A DNA stretch of 58,194 nucleotides, the filler included, from Sphacelaria rigidula (Eukaryota): NCBI GenBank assembly GCA_964200075.2. It is 7 parts of 7 records of this genome, joined end to end, with 100 filler letters (N's around TTAATTAATTAA, not from the genome) between each part and the next. Parts side by side here need not be neighbours in the genome. Positions count along the whole stretch, not along the records: positions 1 to 8,229 come from CAXNAA020011848.1; positions 8,330 to 16,558 come from CAXNAA020011849.1; 5 more parts are not named here. One strand, given 5' to 3'. Made by a program: the position numbers and the translations under genes. The notes beneath the pieces are model-generated. The model saw only the letters and a list, made by a program, of their open reading frames with translations. It was not told where the DNA came from and searched no databases. Of this stretch, positions 1 through 12,889 are shown in pieces; position 1 is the first letter of the stretch; each line of letters starts with the position of its first letter.

Positions 1-141
1 TGTTGCTCATCGCAGGGGTCTTATGACATCAACGGCAATACCCCTCACACATGAACACGCAACTACCTGAGGTAATAGTTATGGAATGAGGTGGAAACAA
101 ACATCGAAAAATGTGCATACATAGCGCTACTGATCAGCAAT

Positions 142-300
142 AGATATTTGTGGCCGCGATTCAGATTATATCGTGACGCGCAATAGACATTGGTGGGCGC
201 AATTTAGATCCTATTGTGACCACCAATATGTATTGGTGGCCGCGTGGCAGATCCTATCGTGAGTAGCACTAGACATTGGTGGCCGCAATTCAGGACATAT
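142..300. repeat. Degenerate ~43-bp tandem repeat, about 4 units
   Basis: Units like tagacattggtggccgcaattcagatcctatcgtgac recur at ~142, ~184, ~227 and ~270. Similar ATCGATAG-rich degenerate sequence occurs at ~860-1270. Confidence 0.6.
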
Positions 301-1534
301 CACCCAATAAAATGTATCGGCAGGCAACTTAGCCCAAACCATTGTCACGGCAATGATACATTCTGTCCCTTGTCCCGAATCTATTGTCGCCTACGATAGC
401 TATCGATAGAGATTGATGCCAATCGATTATGACTGACAATTAATATTGACAGTCAAAATTTCGGGGCTATTGCAGCGGTAATGTTCTATTACACAGTCTA
501 TTGTCCAGGGTATAGGCATATCTCACCCACCCACAAAAGTACTGTAAGCGCTCATGTCCATCAGAGGGACAATCGTAAGTACCAATACCAGACCAACAAC
601 AAAAGTTGTCAACTTTTGTCCACACATATTGCGGATTCCTGCAAAATACAAGCTTTCCAAAATTGTAGAAACGTGACGTCTTATATACACAAGGAGTATC
701 ATCATATACCCACTGCATGTTCACCTGCGGCTTCCCTACCGTACCTTAATGGAGTATAGTGTGCCCCATACGTGGTATGTTGCGATAAAGGTGTGGCAGT
801 AGATGACACAATACCTATCCGGTAGGCATTGTATACCACAGTAGGTTATGGTTTGTATCTATCGATATTCATTGTCGCCATGCATAGATTTTGTACGCAA
901 TTTTCAATAGCGATTGCCGTCATCGATAGATGTGGTATATCATTTATCAATAGCCATAATCGTCATCAATAGATTTGGCATGCTGTCTATCGATAGAGCC
1001 ATAGCCGTCATAGACTTGGAAAACTATCGATCGATACATTTGGACGACCGGAATAGATTTCGGTGTGGAGCCACCGCAGACTGCTGCTTGGACAAAAGAG
1101 TGGGAAACTGGTCTATCGATAGACATTGCCGACGACAATAGAAAGAGGAAATTGCCGATCGATGGCCATTGCGGGTGACAATATTGGCATCTACTGCAGC
1201 AGATTCTATTGTTATTGCAATAGATACCGTCTATTGTCCAGGGTGTGAAAAAAACGATGGCACAAGATCTTGTCACATCGTTTCCCAGGCGCTAAGTCCT
1301 AAAAACGCATGAACCAGTCAAGGGTTTCTGGGCCATTTTTCTGGGCCCAGCCTGTAGGACCACACCGCAAAACAAAGCGTTCTCGTGAGCGGCTTCTTCT
1401 GTTGTCAACCGACTGGGTAGCGCATCAAACATCCGGTCGTTTTGGAAGTGTGAGATCCCCTTCTCTCCGGCGTTTGCCAGCCACGGGCCAAACTATGCGA
1501 CCGCTCACGATCGTCGCGGAACTACTTTTGACGG

Positions 1535-1568
<34 letters not shown>
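1535..1568. repeat. (GATT)n microsatellite
   Basis: About 8 consecutive gatt units. Confidence 0.95.
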
Positions 1569-1571
<3 letters not shown>

Positions 1572-1882
1572 GTCATTTCGTGGTCACAAGATAGACGAAA
1601 CAAAACCGAAACGCTCCCTGAAAAAGAAAGGAGAAACGGAAGAGGTAGAACAGAACAGCAGAGTAGACTAAAGTAAAAAATAAATAAGCAAGAAGCAAGA
1701 AGCAATGGCCGGCCTCTGCCGCGTGACTTCGGTGGAAAAAATCGTGCGCAGAACTACGTTCATACCCAGGCTACTGTGATCAATTATACCACCGAATGTT
1801 GTCGTCTTACTTGCTATCTTTCCCCCGCCCCCGCCTCCCGCGTCGCGCTTTTACTCGCTTTGGTGTTGCCGGCCCTCTCGAG

Positions 1883-2006
1883 GTTCCTGAACCCTGCACT
1901 GTACAAGGCCAAGGCGGATAAACCCGAAGCGTTCCAAGCCGTGATTCCCAAGACCTACGACCTCTCCGGTACACCCCTGGAGGAGGTCGTGGGTGCAACC
2001 TACCAG
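1883..2006 (+). CDS. Internal exon of a sedolisin / peptidase S53 (tripeptidyl-peptidase I-like) gene
   Basis: Reads (G)FLNPALYKAKADKPEAFQAVIPKTYDLSGTPLEEVVGATYQ, matching the S53 GFLNPxLY...AF motif. Pyrimidine-rich upstream tract ending in AG (GAG, a less common acceptor) and a CAG|GTACGT donor in phase 0, compatible with the exon at 7074. Confidence 0.75.
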
Positions 2007-4083
2007 GTACGTCGTGGTCGCTGCGATTTTGTTTTGTTGGAATCAGAAGTACGGCATGGCGAGAACAGACAAATAATGATGGGCAGAAGAAGGCGACACT
2101 GTTTCGTCCACGTGATAGATCGGTATCGTCTTCACCACAAGACATGTCATGACTGCTAGACGAGGCATTGATGGATTTCCATCTGTGAGCGCTCAGAGGA
2201 CCGGCCGAGGGCGTTTCGAGTTTTCGAACGCCAACTCTCGTGTCGATTCACCGGTTGGATTCAAATCTTTTCAATTGGCCTCACTGTTGCACACTATCTG
2301 ATCCACCACACTTCGACTCTAGCTGTGGTTATATACAATATAGTTAAACCGTATAGATCCAAACAAACTTGAATATATTGACGAAGAATACTCGACGGTA
2401 TACATCGCGAAACGAGTGACTGGTTTTCGCGCACCCTTTTTTGTTTATTTTCTCCCTTACACATTGGACCCCTCCCCTTCCTCGAGAGCGCCGAAGTGTT
2501 GAAGGTGTCTCTATTAGGAGTAGGAAAGGTGCTCCGTCTCGAAAGAGATGCGTGGTNNNNNNNNNNAGGGACACTCGTACGAAAAGGTACCAGGGCCCTC
2601 GGACACACCACCCAAGGAAACAAAAAAGCAGAACTCCCCCCCCCCCCCCCCTCCTCGAGACGAATCCGTGATCTCAAGGGATCACCCAATCTCTTCCTCT
2701 GTGTACACCGTACATTCAAGGACAGGTGGAGTAGGAAATACCCGATGTTTCGGTAATTTGAGAAAATAAAGATCCGACGCATACCCACAGCAGCAGCCAG
2801 CCCAGTCCTGTTGTTCCCCGCTCTAACGCCCATACAAGTCACTGTGACTGACTTGGGCAGGTGATGTGCGACTTTATAAAAGATCACAATATTTAGGTAT
2901 ACCCAACCGACCTGCCCTTAGTACATTTTAGTATCGCATATTCGGTATTTTTTAGGCACTCACTCCCCTACGGTGTCAACTCCTGTCAAACAAATATCCT
3001 TGAGCTACGCACGTCCTCACGATTTCAACGACGGAAATCACGTACGTCCTCAGTCCAGTTAGTAAAGTCGAACGAAATCTAGAGCTCAAGATTTCCAGAA
3101 ATGGTCGATGAATGCCTGAAACAGGTTTACTACAGAAATGCACCTCCGAGCATTGAACGAAGCATCTTACCTGCTCTCGTGACTTGCCGCTAAAGCCTCT
3201 GATATCCCTGCTGTAAGGATACGACATTGTTACAGGCAACACACGCATACACATACACACACACACAAAACAAAAGTTGGTCAAGTTAGAGCCTACTATT
3301 GAACTACTCTCAATCAACTGCTGGACAGTGGATGGCATCCTCCAGGTACTCTGTGTTACTAGGCTGTGAAAATACTCTGGAATTTCAGAGTACCCGCGGT
3401 GTCATTACCCTATCTATCCCAAGCACTTTGAAAAGCCTTCGATGGTTTGGTCGCTGCAGTTTACGAGAAAATGGAAATACCTACCTTGTTTTTCCCGTAG
3501 GGGAGGTCTCCCACAATCTTGTGGTATACGAGTCATATGTTCGTAGCGCTCGGTGAGCGGATCTAGAATGCCTTTCGGCACGGCACCCCTAAGTTGCCTG
3601 TTGAAAGCGCCAGCGCTATCCCCACGGGTATGGCGTAACGGCGCCCCAATGACACTTCGGCCCCTCGTTTACGGCGTTAGGGTGTGTGCACCAGAGAGTC
3701 CATCGTGGTTGTGGAAGGTAGTGGGCGATTAATCGTCGAAATTTTGACTGAAAAGTGGACAACTCTGAAATATTCTCAAAAGAAATCCCCATTTTTCCCA
3801 CCAATATTCCCGAAATATGAGCCAGTTCGTCCCAGAATTCTCAACAGCTACGAGCTAAGCCATCCTAGAAGTTGTCATTCCTCCTGCACACGACGGATTT
3901 TCAACCTCAACGGATAAGCCGGATGTAAGCACATTGCTGTGAACTGCAGCCCAGCCTGCTGCTGAAACGCTCTACAGCTGTTCCATCGGCGACGTCTTGA
4001 GGATGATGTTATCGAGTACAGTACGCGTCCCAGATCGTCTCCCTCTGATACCCTGTTTTACGTATTATGGTTGGTGTATTTTC

Positions 4084-5241
4084 CAAGGGTAGGTCGAGTA
4101 GAGTATGTACTTTTGAGTACTCGAGTAAAATACTCGAGTATTTACTCCACTCGACGTTTGAGTAGGTCGAGTACGGCCTCAAATACTCTACTCAAATTTT
4201 GAGTAGATCGAGTACGGCCTCCGATACTCTACTCAGATTTTGAGTAGATCGAGTACGATCTCAAATACTCTACTCAAATTTTGAGTACGTCGAGTACGGC
4301 CTCAAATACTCTACTCAAATTTTGAGTACGTCGAGTATGGTCTCAAATACTCTACTCAAAATTGAGTAGATCGAGTGCGACCTCAACTACTTTACTCAAA
4401 TATTGAGTAAGCATTTTCAGTAATATTGAATGTATGGGCGAACGATAGCTATCAATTAGATGGGAAGCGTTGCATCACAGCCAACAAGCAGTTTGAGCGA
4501 ATGATGCCCATAAAAAAATAAAAAAAAGCGCCCAGGGCCCTTCGGCAATACCCCAACACTCATGCTACCCTTCTTTTGTACCATTTGGTTCTGATCCGAA
4601 TGTTTGCTGAAGTTTGACCTTGAATCAATACTGATCATGGGTGGACAACTTCAGGAATACCTCGGTATTTCCTCTACCCGAGTCTGAGTATCGTGCGTAC
4701 GAACTTGAATATTGAAGGTGAAGTTATAGGTTTTCGGTACATCGGATCCGGCCTCAGATACTCTACTCAAATTTTGAGTAGGTTGAGTACGGCCTCCAGT
4801 ACCCTATTCAATTTTTGAGTAGGTCGAGTACGACCTCAAATACTCTACTCAAATTTTGAGTAGGTCGAGTACGGCCTCCAATACTCTACTCAATTTTTGA
4901 GTAGATCGAGTACAACCTCAAATACTCTACTCAAATTTTGAGTAAGCACTCTCAGTAATACTTGAGTATAGAGTATCACTTGAGTACGACCTCAATGCTC
5001 TACTTAAATTTTGAGTACGTCGAGTACGGCCTCAAATACTCTACTCAGGTTTTGAGTACGTTGAGTATGGTCTCAAATACTCTACTCAAATTTTGAGTAC
5101 GTTGAGTACGACCTCAATACTCTGCTCAAATTTTGAGTACGTTGAGTACGGTCTCAAATACCCTACTCAAATTTTGAGTACTAAAAGTATTACTCTTCAA
5201 TAATACTGAGTGTTGAGTATACTCTACTCGACCTACCCTTG
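4084..5241. mobile_element. Non-autonomous hAT-type DNA transposon (1158 bp) with ~39-bp subterminal tandem repeats
   Basis: Perfect 23-bp TIRs caagggtaggtcgagtagagtat (4084-4106) / atactctactcgacctacccttg (5219-5241). Exact 8-bp TSD GTATTTTC at 4076-4083 and 5242-5249. Two arrays of gagtaggtcgagtacggcctcaaatactctactcaaatttt at ~4160-4410 and ~4750-5180. No transposase ORF. Confidence 0.9.
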
Positions 5242-5964
5242 GTATTTTCGTATGAGACCCATTCTCCCGTACCTGCGATCGCAAATCCATTTTTGGAACA
5301 AGACGTGAAATACGCTGCCGACTTCGAAGAATTTTGGGCCAACGCTTCACATAGACCTTCTAGACGTCAGGTTCTAACTCGTCAGTGAACGTTCCAAAGA
5401 TTTTCTGTTTTCTTGGTGGAGGTGTCGGAATTTTTGTTTTTTGTCAGATTTGTGCACCGATTCTAATGTGCCTTTTTGTTTCACGAAACGGACCGTTCCT
5501 GCCCGTGTGTTGATGGTACAAATCTTGAGTTGAAAATTCAGCTTCTAACCCCTAGAAATGAGCCATGCAAAGTTGGTTGAGCAAAATACGGCGCCGTCGT
5601 CTGGTCTATCGGTAAATCGTAGTGATCAACGGGGTCGATCGTACCCGCGATCGCAATTGCGCGTTGAGGTACACAAAATGGAGTTTTTAGCTGATACTAA
5701 TTTTACACGTAAGTAGCCAAAGATGTAAATGTATTTGTTGAGTTATGACGGGGGTTTTTTTCGGCAGAATCTCAAACTGGCTCCTGGTTGCATGTTTTTT
5801 TCTTGTTTTTGCTACTCCCATACGCTTTTGCATACTGATCACATACCTCTCGTGTCGAAAATTTCAGCTTCTAACCGATAAAAACGGACCGCTCAATAAT
5901 GTGTAACTCTCCCAGACGGGGTTCTTGGCTGGCTCAGTTGCTTGACTCATCTACTGTAATCTCG

Positions 5965-6695
5965 ATTTTTGGTTTCGGGATTCCGTTTTGCTGCGTTCGG
6001 TTTCCTTCGGAACCGGGATGGACTTGTTTCGTGCTCTTTCCTATCTCGGTCCCCTATCGTTTCAGTCCGGGCCGGCTCGATAGGTTTAGTTGTGTTTCGG
6101 CTCGATAGCTGTCGCTTCGATTCGATGCGGGTGCCGTTTCTGTTCGACATGTTTGGTGTCGTCGTGATTTCGTTTGGATCCGTTTGGTCTCGTATGTATG
6201 CTTCCGTTCCGGACCGATCCATGCTTCGAATTGGCTCGGTGTATTCTGTTGTTTATAGCCTCTGCCAGACGATCTGGACAAGAGGACTATCCACGAGGGA
6301 CTCCTCCAGTAGAACTGGCCTCGTGCTCAACAAGTCATTTCTTCTCACTTGTTATTATCATGGAGTAAACAGCTGCGGCCCGCCCCATCAGGCATGGGCC
6401 ACACAGCAAGAGTCATCATCCAACAGGATGCTCTTGTCCACTGGTCATCATCCAGATCCTACATGCTACATTTACTACGCCTTGGTGTATTTTGGCGACA
6501 TGTTCCGCTTCGGACTATGTTCTGATTTGGTTCGGTTTGTGCTTTGTTTCGGTACGGTGTATGCTGTCGTTCCGGTTCGATCTATGCTTCGATGCGGTTC
6601 AATCGATTTCGGTTCGGTTCGATCTATGTTTCGGTTCGGGTCAATATATGTCATATATGTCGCCGTTCCGGTTTGGCCTATGTTTCGTTTCGTTG
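5965..6695. repeat. Degenerate TTCGG/TTCGAT-rich repeat region, probably subterminal repeats of a decayed DNA transposon
   Basis: Dense ttcggttcg/gtttcgg/ttcgat motifs at ~5965-6240 and ~6490-6695, interrupted by a non-repetitive block. Confidence 0.45.
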
Positions 6696-7073
6696 TGAAT
6701 GGATAAATCGATTATTTCTGGAAATCTGGGAGTTTTGTATATCTGCTGATTGTCGAGGTCAATGCAATAAACATATATATATATATATTATATATATATT
6801 GGATTCATCCCACGGATAAGAGCTTTCCTTCGAGCTGCCACCCGCTTGGCTCGATAAAGTTTTCCTCACAAAACACCAGTCGATGAATGAACGAGGATGT
6901 CCTTTTCTTTGGGTTCTCGCTCTCAATCAAAACGCTAGACGTTTCAATCTGGCGAGAAAGCATGTTTGTACCGACCGGCGCGCACCGCAGGCCCGTTTGC
7001 TGAATGTATGCCTGTGTGTGCGTGTCTGTTTTAATTCGTTGCGTTTTGCTTCACTCCGTCCGACTCCCGACAG

Positions 7074-7181
7074 GTTGGAAGCAACCGTTGCACGCGTTTC
7101 AGCTGCTGCGAGGTGGGTTACTGGGGAGCAGAAGACGGAAGCTGGGACCCTGTCACCGGCCTTGGCACCATCAACTACGAG
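7074..7181 (+). CDS. Near-terminal exon of the same sedolisin / S53 peptidase gene
   Basis: CAG acceptor and GAG|GTAC donor, 108 nt, phase 0. Translates VGSNRCTRFSCCEVGYWGAEDGSWDPVTGLGTINYE, containing the S53 calcium-binding C-terminal signature WDPVTGLGT. This frame is not in the supplied ORF track. Confidence 0.88.
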
Positions 7182-8229
7182 GTACATGATACAAAGCACA
7201 GGGGAGTAGCGACCTGGTTTTTGCGTCATTTACGACAATGATACGCAACTCTGTGATGAGCATTTTACGCATGACATCATATTCCAGTGGTTATTTCTGT
7301 TTGGTATTTTGCGAACAGGGTACGGACCTCACACTCCCCCGCGGGGGGGGAGGGGGGGGGGGTGTACTCATGATCATGCATGCCATAGTCATGAGGGCAG
7401 GGGGGGGGGGAGGGGGGGGAGTATCTTCGTGTACAACTCCTGGCCATGGTAGTTGCTGCTGGTGGAAACGCACAGTGCCTAGCCGGGAAGAAAATAGAAC
7501 AACCCATTTTTTCGCGCAAAGAGTCCAGAACGCCGTTCCACCGAAAACATTTTTTTTCGCCAGATTGATCGTGTGTCGAGGATTTGGTTGAGTTTGGGCT
7601 CTTCAGCCCATTTAAACTTGAAACAGCATTGAAAAGTGATGGTGATTCCACGAGTGGGTACCTTCAGCGCTGAATATCCGTTTGTGGAATGGGCATCATT
7701 CTCACTTGAAAAGTTACTGCGTGACCCAGATCATGGACCCTAGCGGTCAAAGGTTTAACACTCCGAAGAGTTAGTCGTTGGATAGATATTCCGAAAGCGA
7801 ACATACACCACCGTACCATTCTTTGAGATCGCGGCGGGTTAATGTCTTCCACTCGCATTCAACGTATGAATCGAGAAACACATGGCTGGAATGTATGTCA
7901 TTATCTTCGACGTATAATCGGAACCTGCTTAATGGACAGTAGCGCGTTAATGAGAGAAATGCTGCGATGGATGATATCGCCATTCCCCTTCTTTTAATGT
8001 TCGGTTAAAATGAACGCATGGTTCCGCATTGATACTCGTCTAGCTAAGGACTCCGAGTTCAAAAGTGTTCCGCAACGTCACTCGTAGTATCCGTGTGGCC
8101 TCTAGGGTAGGTGACGCGTTGAATCGTCATCATTTACGTGATGTGCAGACATGATAAGTGTGCCATCCATTAACCCTTTTGGGACCGGGCCTCCAGAACG
8201 ACCAATGAGGCTGGTCAGGAATGACGTGT

Positions 8230-8329
8230 NNNNNNNNNNNNNNNNNNNNNNNNNNNNNNNNNNNNNNNNNNNNTTAATTAATTAANNNNNNNNNNNNNNN
8301 NNNNNNNNNNNNNNNNNNNNNNNNNNNNN
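8230..8329. other. Artificial contig linker (44N-TTAATTAATTAA-44N)
   Basis: Six-frame stop cassette. Identical linkers recur every ~8.33 kb. Confidence 0.98.
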
Positions 8330-11300
8330 TGCTTTATTTTGTGGTATCGCCACTTCCAGAGACAGCCATGGCTTTTACACTGCCTCGTGGGTGTCTAACC
8401 AGTTTAGGGGGCAATGCCTGTCAAGATTGATTCTTGAGACGACCTTGAAAGTTGCCCACCTACTAGGGCATCGAAAGGTTCGGACCCTGCACAGCATGAG
8501 AGCTTATGCAAAGAGACAGATTTCATTAACCCTGTGCAAGGATGGACCCTTCCCGGGTATAGGGAATAGTACCCTGACAAGGTTGCGTTTTTCACAAGAT
8601 CCCGATAGACCATGTCATCCACTAAAGTGTCCGAGACTGCGGACCGTGGACAACGTCGAACGCTGTGCCGGGTGAAAGATATACAGGAATCCTGATCAAG
8701 GGTAGACACTGTCGAGGTTATGCCGAAGTCGGGCCACGTGCAAGGTTGAGTCTTGTCCTTCGTAAGAACCACGGATGTCACTGACAACCCCAGAACGTAC
8801 ACAGTCCCCGTTTGGCGGACCATGAGCACTGTGAGACCCGGATATGGCAACCGCTGCTGAGACGTGCCGCCACATGCAATATGGTTGAGCCGTAGCTGTG
8901 TACGTTCATATATTTATATCCAATCATCTCCTGAATCACATATACACAAATATATATATATATATCAACTACGTGAGACAAGATGTATCACTTGCCGTGA
9001 TTTGTCTGTTCTACCATAACTACCCCCCCAACCCCCCCCAGGAAAACAAAATACCGCAGACTCTTTCTCCTGTAATCACTCTCGTAACGTTCGTCTGCTC
9101 ACACGTACAAAACCGTACAGCTCAAACACAAGATACCGATCGCGCAATACAGGCCTACGAGAACGCTCCATCGATCACATTGTACGATTACAGTTTGAGA
9201 ATCATTGTGTGAACCGTAGTACTACCAACAATTTCATGAAGCTCCGCAGCGCAAGAGGCACATGATCACTCGAACTCATAACATTTCACAAAGGCAGAAT
9301 ACTCGGGGCGCAAAACGTCTTGTCCCTCCCTCATTTGCAGGTCCCTAGATTTCGCCCATGAACCAAAATCGTCACTCGCTGAAGTCTGTCCTCGCCATTT
9401 TGAAAACATAGTGTGGCGTCGTAACGTTGCCACACTACTTAGTCCAGGCTGCTGACGTCGTAGAATGGAGGCGTTTTCCTCCGGGACGGCATGACATGTA
9501 GTTACTCTTGTGTGGCGTTATCAAGTGTATGATGTGGGCGTCGCTACAAGTATGATTTGTAACCAAGGTTATCTGTACTATACTGTGTTCCCTTGTCCCA
9601 AACAATAATAGTCCAAAACATCCCACCCCAACCCAACTCCAACCCTCATTCCGAAATATTGCATTATACATGATTTATAACCGCGCCTCGGATCAATTAA
9701 TTTTCAGGAATGTTTGAGTTTCGGGTTTGGAGTTGGGATTGAATGGGGTTGGATTATTATTTCTTGGAAAAAGCCAACACAATAGTATAGTTCTCGCGCC
9801 ATGCATACACCACCGAGAAAACATGATGAAAATGTGATGGCGTCTGGCAATAAATGTACGGAAACACCCGATATACAGCAGTCTCTGCCATAGGGCAAAC
9901 ACTGCAATACGTTTGTGATCTTTTCGCAGGTGGCATTTCACATGAGCTTTCACGCATGCCGCCGCTCATCCCAGAGAATATTTGATCCTCAAGTTTGGGG
10001 TTTGAAAGATACTATGCATCCACTTCACATTCTGAAACATCATATTTATACTCAATATTGAAAACCTGACGGCCTAAAGTGATATTGGGACACTGCGACT
10101 ACGAACTCGTAGCTTCTGAATCTTCAGTAGTTTTGCTCGATGGAAGCAATCTATGAAAGCAACCTCGACCGTTGTCGTGGACAAACGAAGCAGTGTTTTG
10201 GTCTATTTATACCTGATCTTTGCGCTAGAATCGAAAAACTTGGTGTTGTCGACCACTGACGGTTGACATCCCACGATAAACAAGGTGTTTACACGGCCCC
10301 ACCCCGAGAACAACTTGAGGATTGTGCTACGAGGGTGATCTGCTTCTGTTTCCAAACTCTCGATAAAAACTAGGAATTTCCAGATGTGAAATGATTCACC
10401 CAATACTCAGAAACTTGCCAAAGTACGAAAATTGCCGGACCGTGCAGAGCATAGCATAATTATCGTGACCGCTCTCGTGAACAAACTTGCAGATACTTTA
10501 CTCCGTAATAGCGTAGGCGGGGTATCATCACCGGGTGGACATATACTTTACTCCGTGATAGAGTGGACAGGACACCATCACCAGGGGGAGCATGTACTAT
10601 CTTGAGTGTGCAGGAGTTTACTACAGCAGGCACAGCTAGCGGGCAATGAACATATTGCGGCGAAAGTCGAGTCGCCCGCTGAGATGACGAATATTCATTG
10701 CGATCAAAACGCAATATACCGTCAAATGGGCGAACACCTGATTCACTTTGCAGCGCATCCTATCTCTTCTGTACTTGATGCAAGGAAATCAATTTAAAAT
10801 GCATTCCTTCGAAAACATAAATATCCGTGAGTTGCACACAGGAATGTGAAGGGGGGGTGGCAAACGAACCAGGTATATGGAATTTGAGTTTCAAGCTACC
10901 CACACTGTTAGAGCAGGAAGGACAGTACCGTTACCTACGATTATATGCCCCTTCCCTGGATGAGGGGGTCAAAGATCAAACACACCATCCATGTTACCAC
11001 TTGTGTGACGTGAAGCACCATCATCTGCTATCCACTCTTCCATTCCGCCCTGTACTCTGTCCTGATTACCATTCTCTGGTGAAACAAAGCAAGATTTCCC
11101 AAGTCTACATCACCTGTGTCAAACTTGAATACAGTTGCAGAGTGTGCCGTGCATCAATGCAGTAGAAGAGAGTGAACTGGCAGCGGGTGTAACATCGAAA
11201 GCGGGGAAAGTCGGGGGTAGCTATTTCTGTTGCTGTGGTTGACGTTGCTCCTTAAACTGCCCACGCTCCATTCCCGCGTGCACTCGTCTCGGTAATCCTC

Positions 11301-11389
11301 GTCGAAGTTGTCGTTGGTCTCCCCGTATACTTGCACGGCATTAGCCTCACCGTACGAGTGTGACCATGATGCATGTTGCGAGGGGTGGG

Positions 11390-12471
11390 CGTGTTGCCTG
11401 CGGTGCAATGGGCACTCAATACAGCGTATCGTCGTCGTTACCATAGTACGCCGTACCACGTGATGTTTGGTAGTGCTCCTCGGACGTCCTTCTCGGTGTT
11501 GGCGTCTTCGTCGGCGGGGGAACGGAAATGTGATGCTTTGAACGATGGTCAAACCAAGCGTGCATTGGAAGGAGGCCTGGACTTGCAAGAACGTTTCCAC
11601 GTTCAATTGCAGAATCGTGTTGCCGCTGAACGTGCGCGTAGACGTGAGGGGTCCTCGTCGGAGCTGGGACTGCCGAATTTTGAGGTAAGCGACTGTGTCT
11701 TGTATGCACGCGTGCGTCGTCCGGGCGTTACGCCCAAGTTGATGGCGACGTGAACTGATCCATGGAGAGTGGTTGGGGCTCACCACCCGTACGTGTCTGA
11801 GATTTAGAACATTGTTCCGGGTCGTGTTCAGACCGCCCATGTAGCTCGTTTGCGTTTTATTCAGACTCGCAGCTTAATGTTACGGCTGACGTTAAGGACG
11901 TGTTCCAGGATGCTTTCAATCAGGGGCAATTTCAGATGGTTGGTATTGTCCGAGTGGCAGAAGCAGATGATCGTCCGTTGATCGTGTTGGTCGACTGGGT
12001 TGGTTTTGAAGTGGAGGAGCGTACGTGGGAGCATTTCCAAGGATATTTTTGAGGCCGCTCCGGAATTTGTTACGGAGGAATTGCGTAAATTGCGCGTGAC
12101 TCGTGCCGTTGCTGCTCGCATTACGAGCGGGTTTGGTATTTACTTGTGACGTACTCATCGTTATGGCGTTTTCCATGTGTCAACCTTGTTGATCGATTTC
12201 GCCCAACGCGCTTTGGGGTTGCTGTGACGAAAATACGCCGTTGCGTTGAGTTTGTAGTGATGATCTGGGAAATGATCGTTAGTAGTGATGATCTGAATAA
12301 TGACTGGGGGTACGGGGATTCTGGGGGATTCTGGAAGGATTCTGAATAATGGCCGGGGACACGGGGATGATACGCTGTGTGTCTAGAAGGATGGTGCCTG
12401 GTAGGGCAATTCTGATAATGAGAACGTTGTAAAGGCTGACAACTAAATCTGAGGCCAGTTAGACTGGGGAG
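11390..12471 (+). mobile_element. Ty3/Gypsy (chromovirus-type) remnant: integrase C-terminus, chromodomain-like region, 3' UTR and PPT-like tract
   Basis: LPAVQWALNTAY...STPYHVMFG (end of integrase core), PKLMAT*TDPWRVV (GPY/F-like module with an in-frame stop), HVARLRFY, and LVDWVGFEVEERTWE (chromodomain-like), with frameshifts. Purine-rich agactggggag at ~12461-12471. Confidence 0.82.
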
Positions 12472-12519
12472 TCCCTCAACAGCAGTGATCCACCAGTTTT
12501 TCTTCTGGCTGGCGTCACA

Positions 12520-12889
12520 ACTCTCCTGGTCTGTTGCCGCTGTACTTGAGGGATGATGTACGGCACTGCACTACAAAACTCTGCTCGCGGACTATTCGTG
12601 CACTGTTGTCGCAATGCCGACTGTACCATCATGTACTACCATGCGGCATCATCATGTACTTACTACACGACTGTAGTACATGATGATGCCGTGTGGTAGT
12701 TCATGGTGGTACAGTCGGCATTGCGACAACAGTGAACAAATAGTGCGCGAGCAGAGTTCTGTAGTGCAGTGCCGTACATGGTGATGCCGTGTGGTAGTAC
12801 ATGGTGGTACAGTCGGCATTGCGAGAAGAGTTCTGTAGTGCAGTGCCGCACATCATCCCTCAAGCACAGGGGCAATAGACCAGGAGAGT
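12520..12889. repeat. Long foldback (palindromic) element
   Basis: 12520-12667 is the approximate reverse complement of 12672-12889, centred on tactaca-cgac-tgtagta. The right arm carries an internal ~70-bp duplication. A further copy of the right arm lies at ~15463-15665. Confidence 0.85.

Noticed and set aside
4160-5180. CRISPR-like array of ~39-bp semi-palindromic repeats
   Set aside because: Units are contiguous with no unique spacers, lie inside TIRs with an 8-bp TSD, and there are no cas genes. The context is eukaryotic.
5969-6706. 245-aa ORF
   Set aside because: Arises from TTCGG-rich low-complexity repeats inside the S53 intron, with no protein-like motifs.
8274-8285. TTAATTAATTAA as a biological site
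   Set aside because: Synthetic six-frame stop spacer centred in every 100-nt gap.
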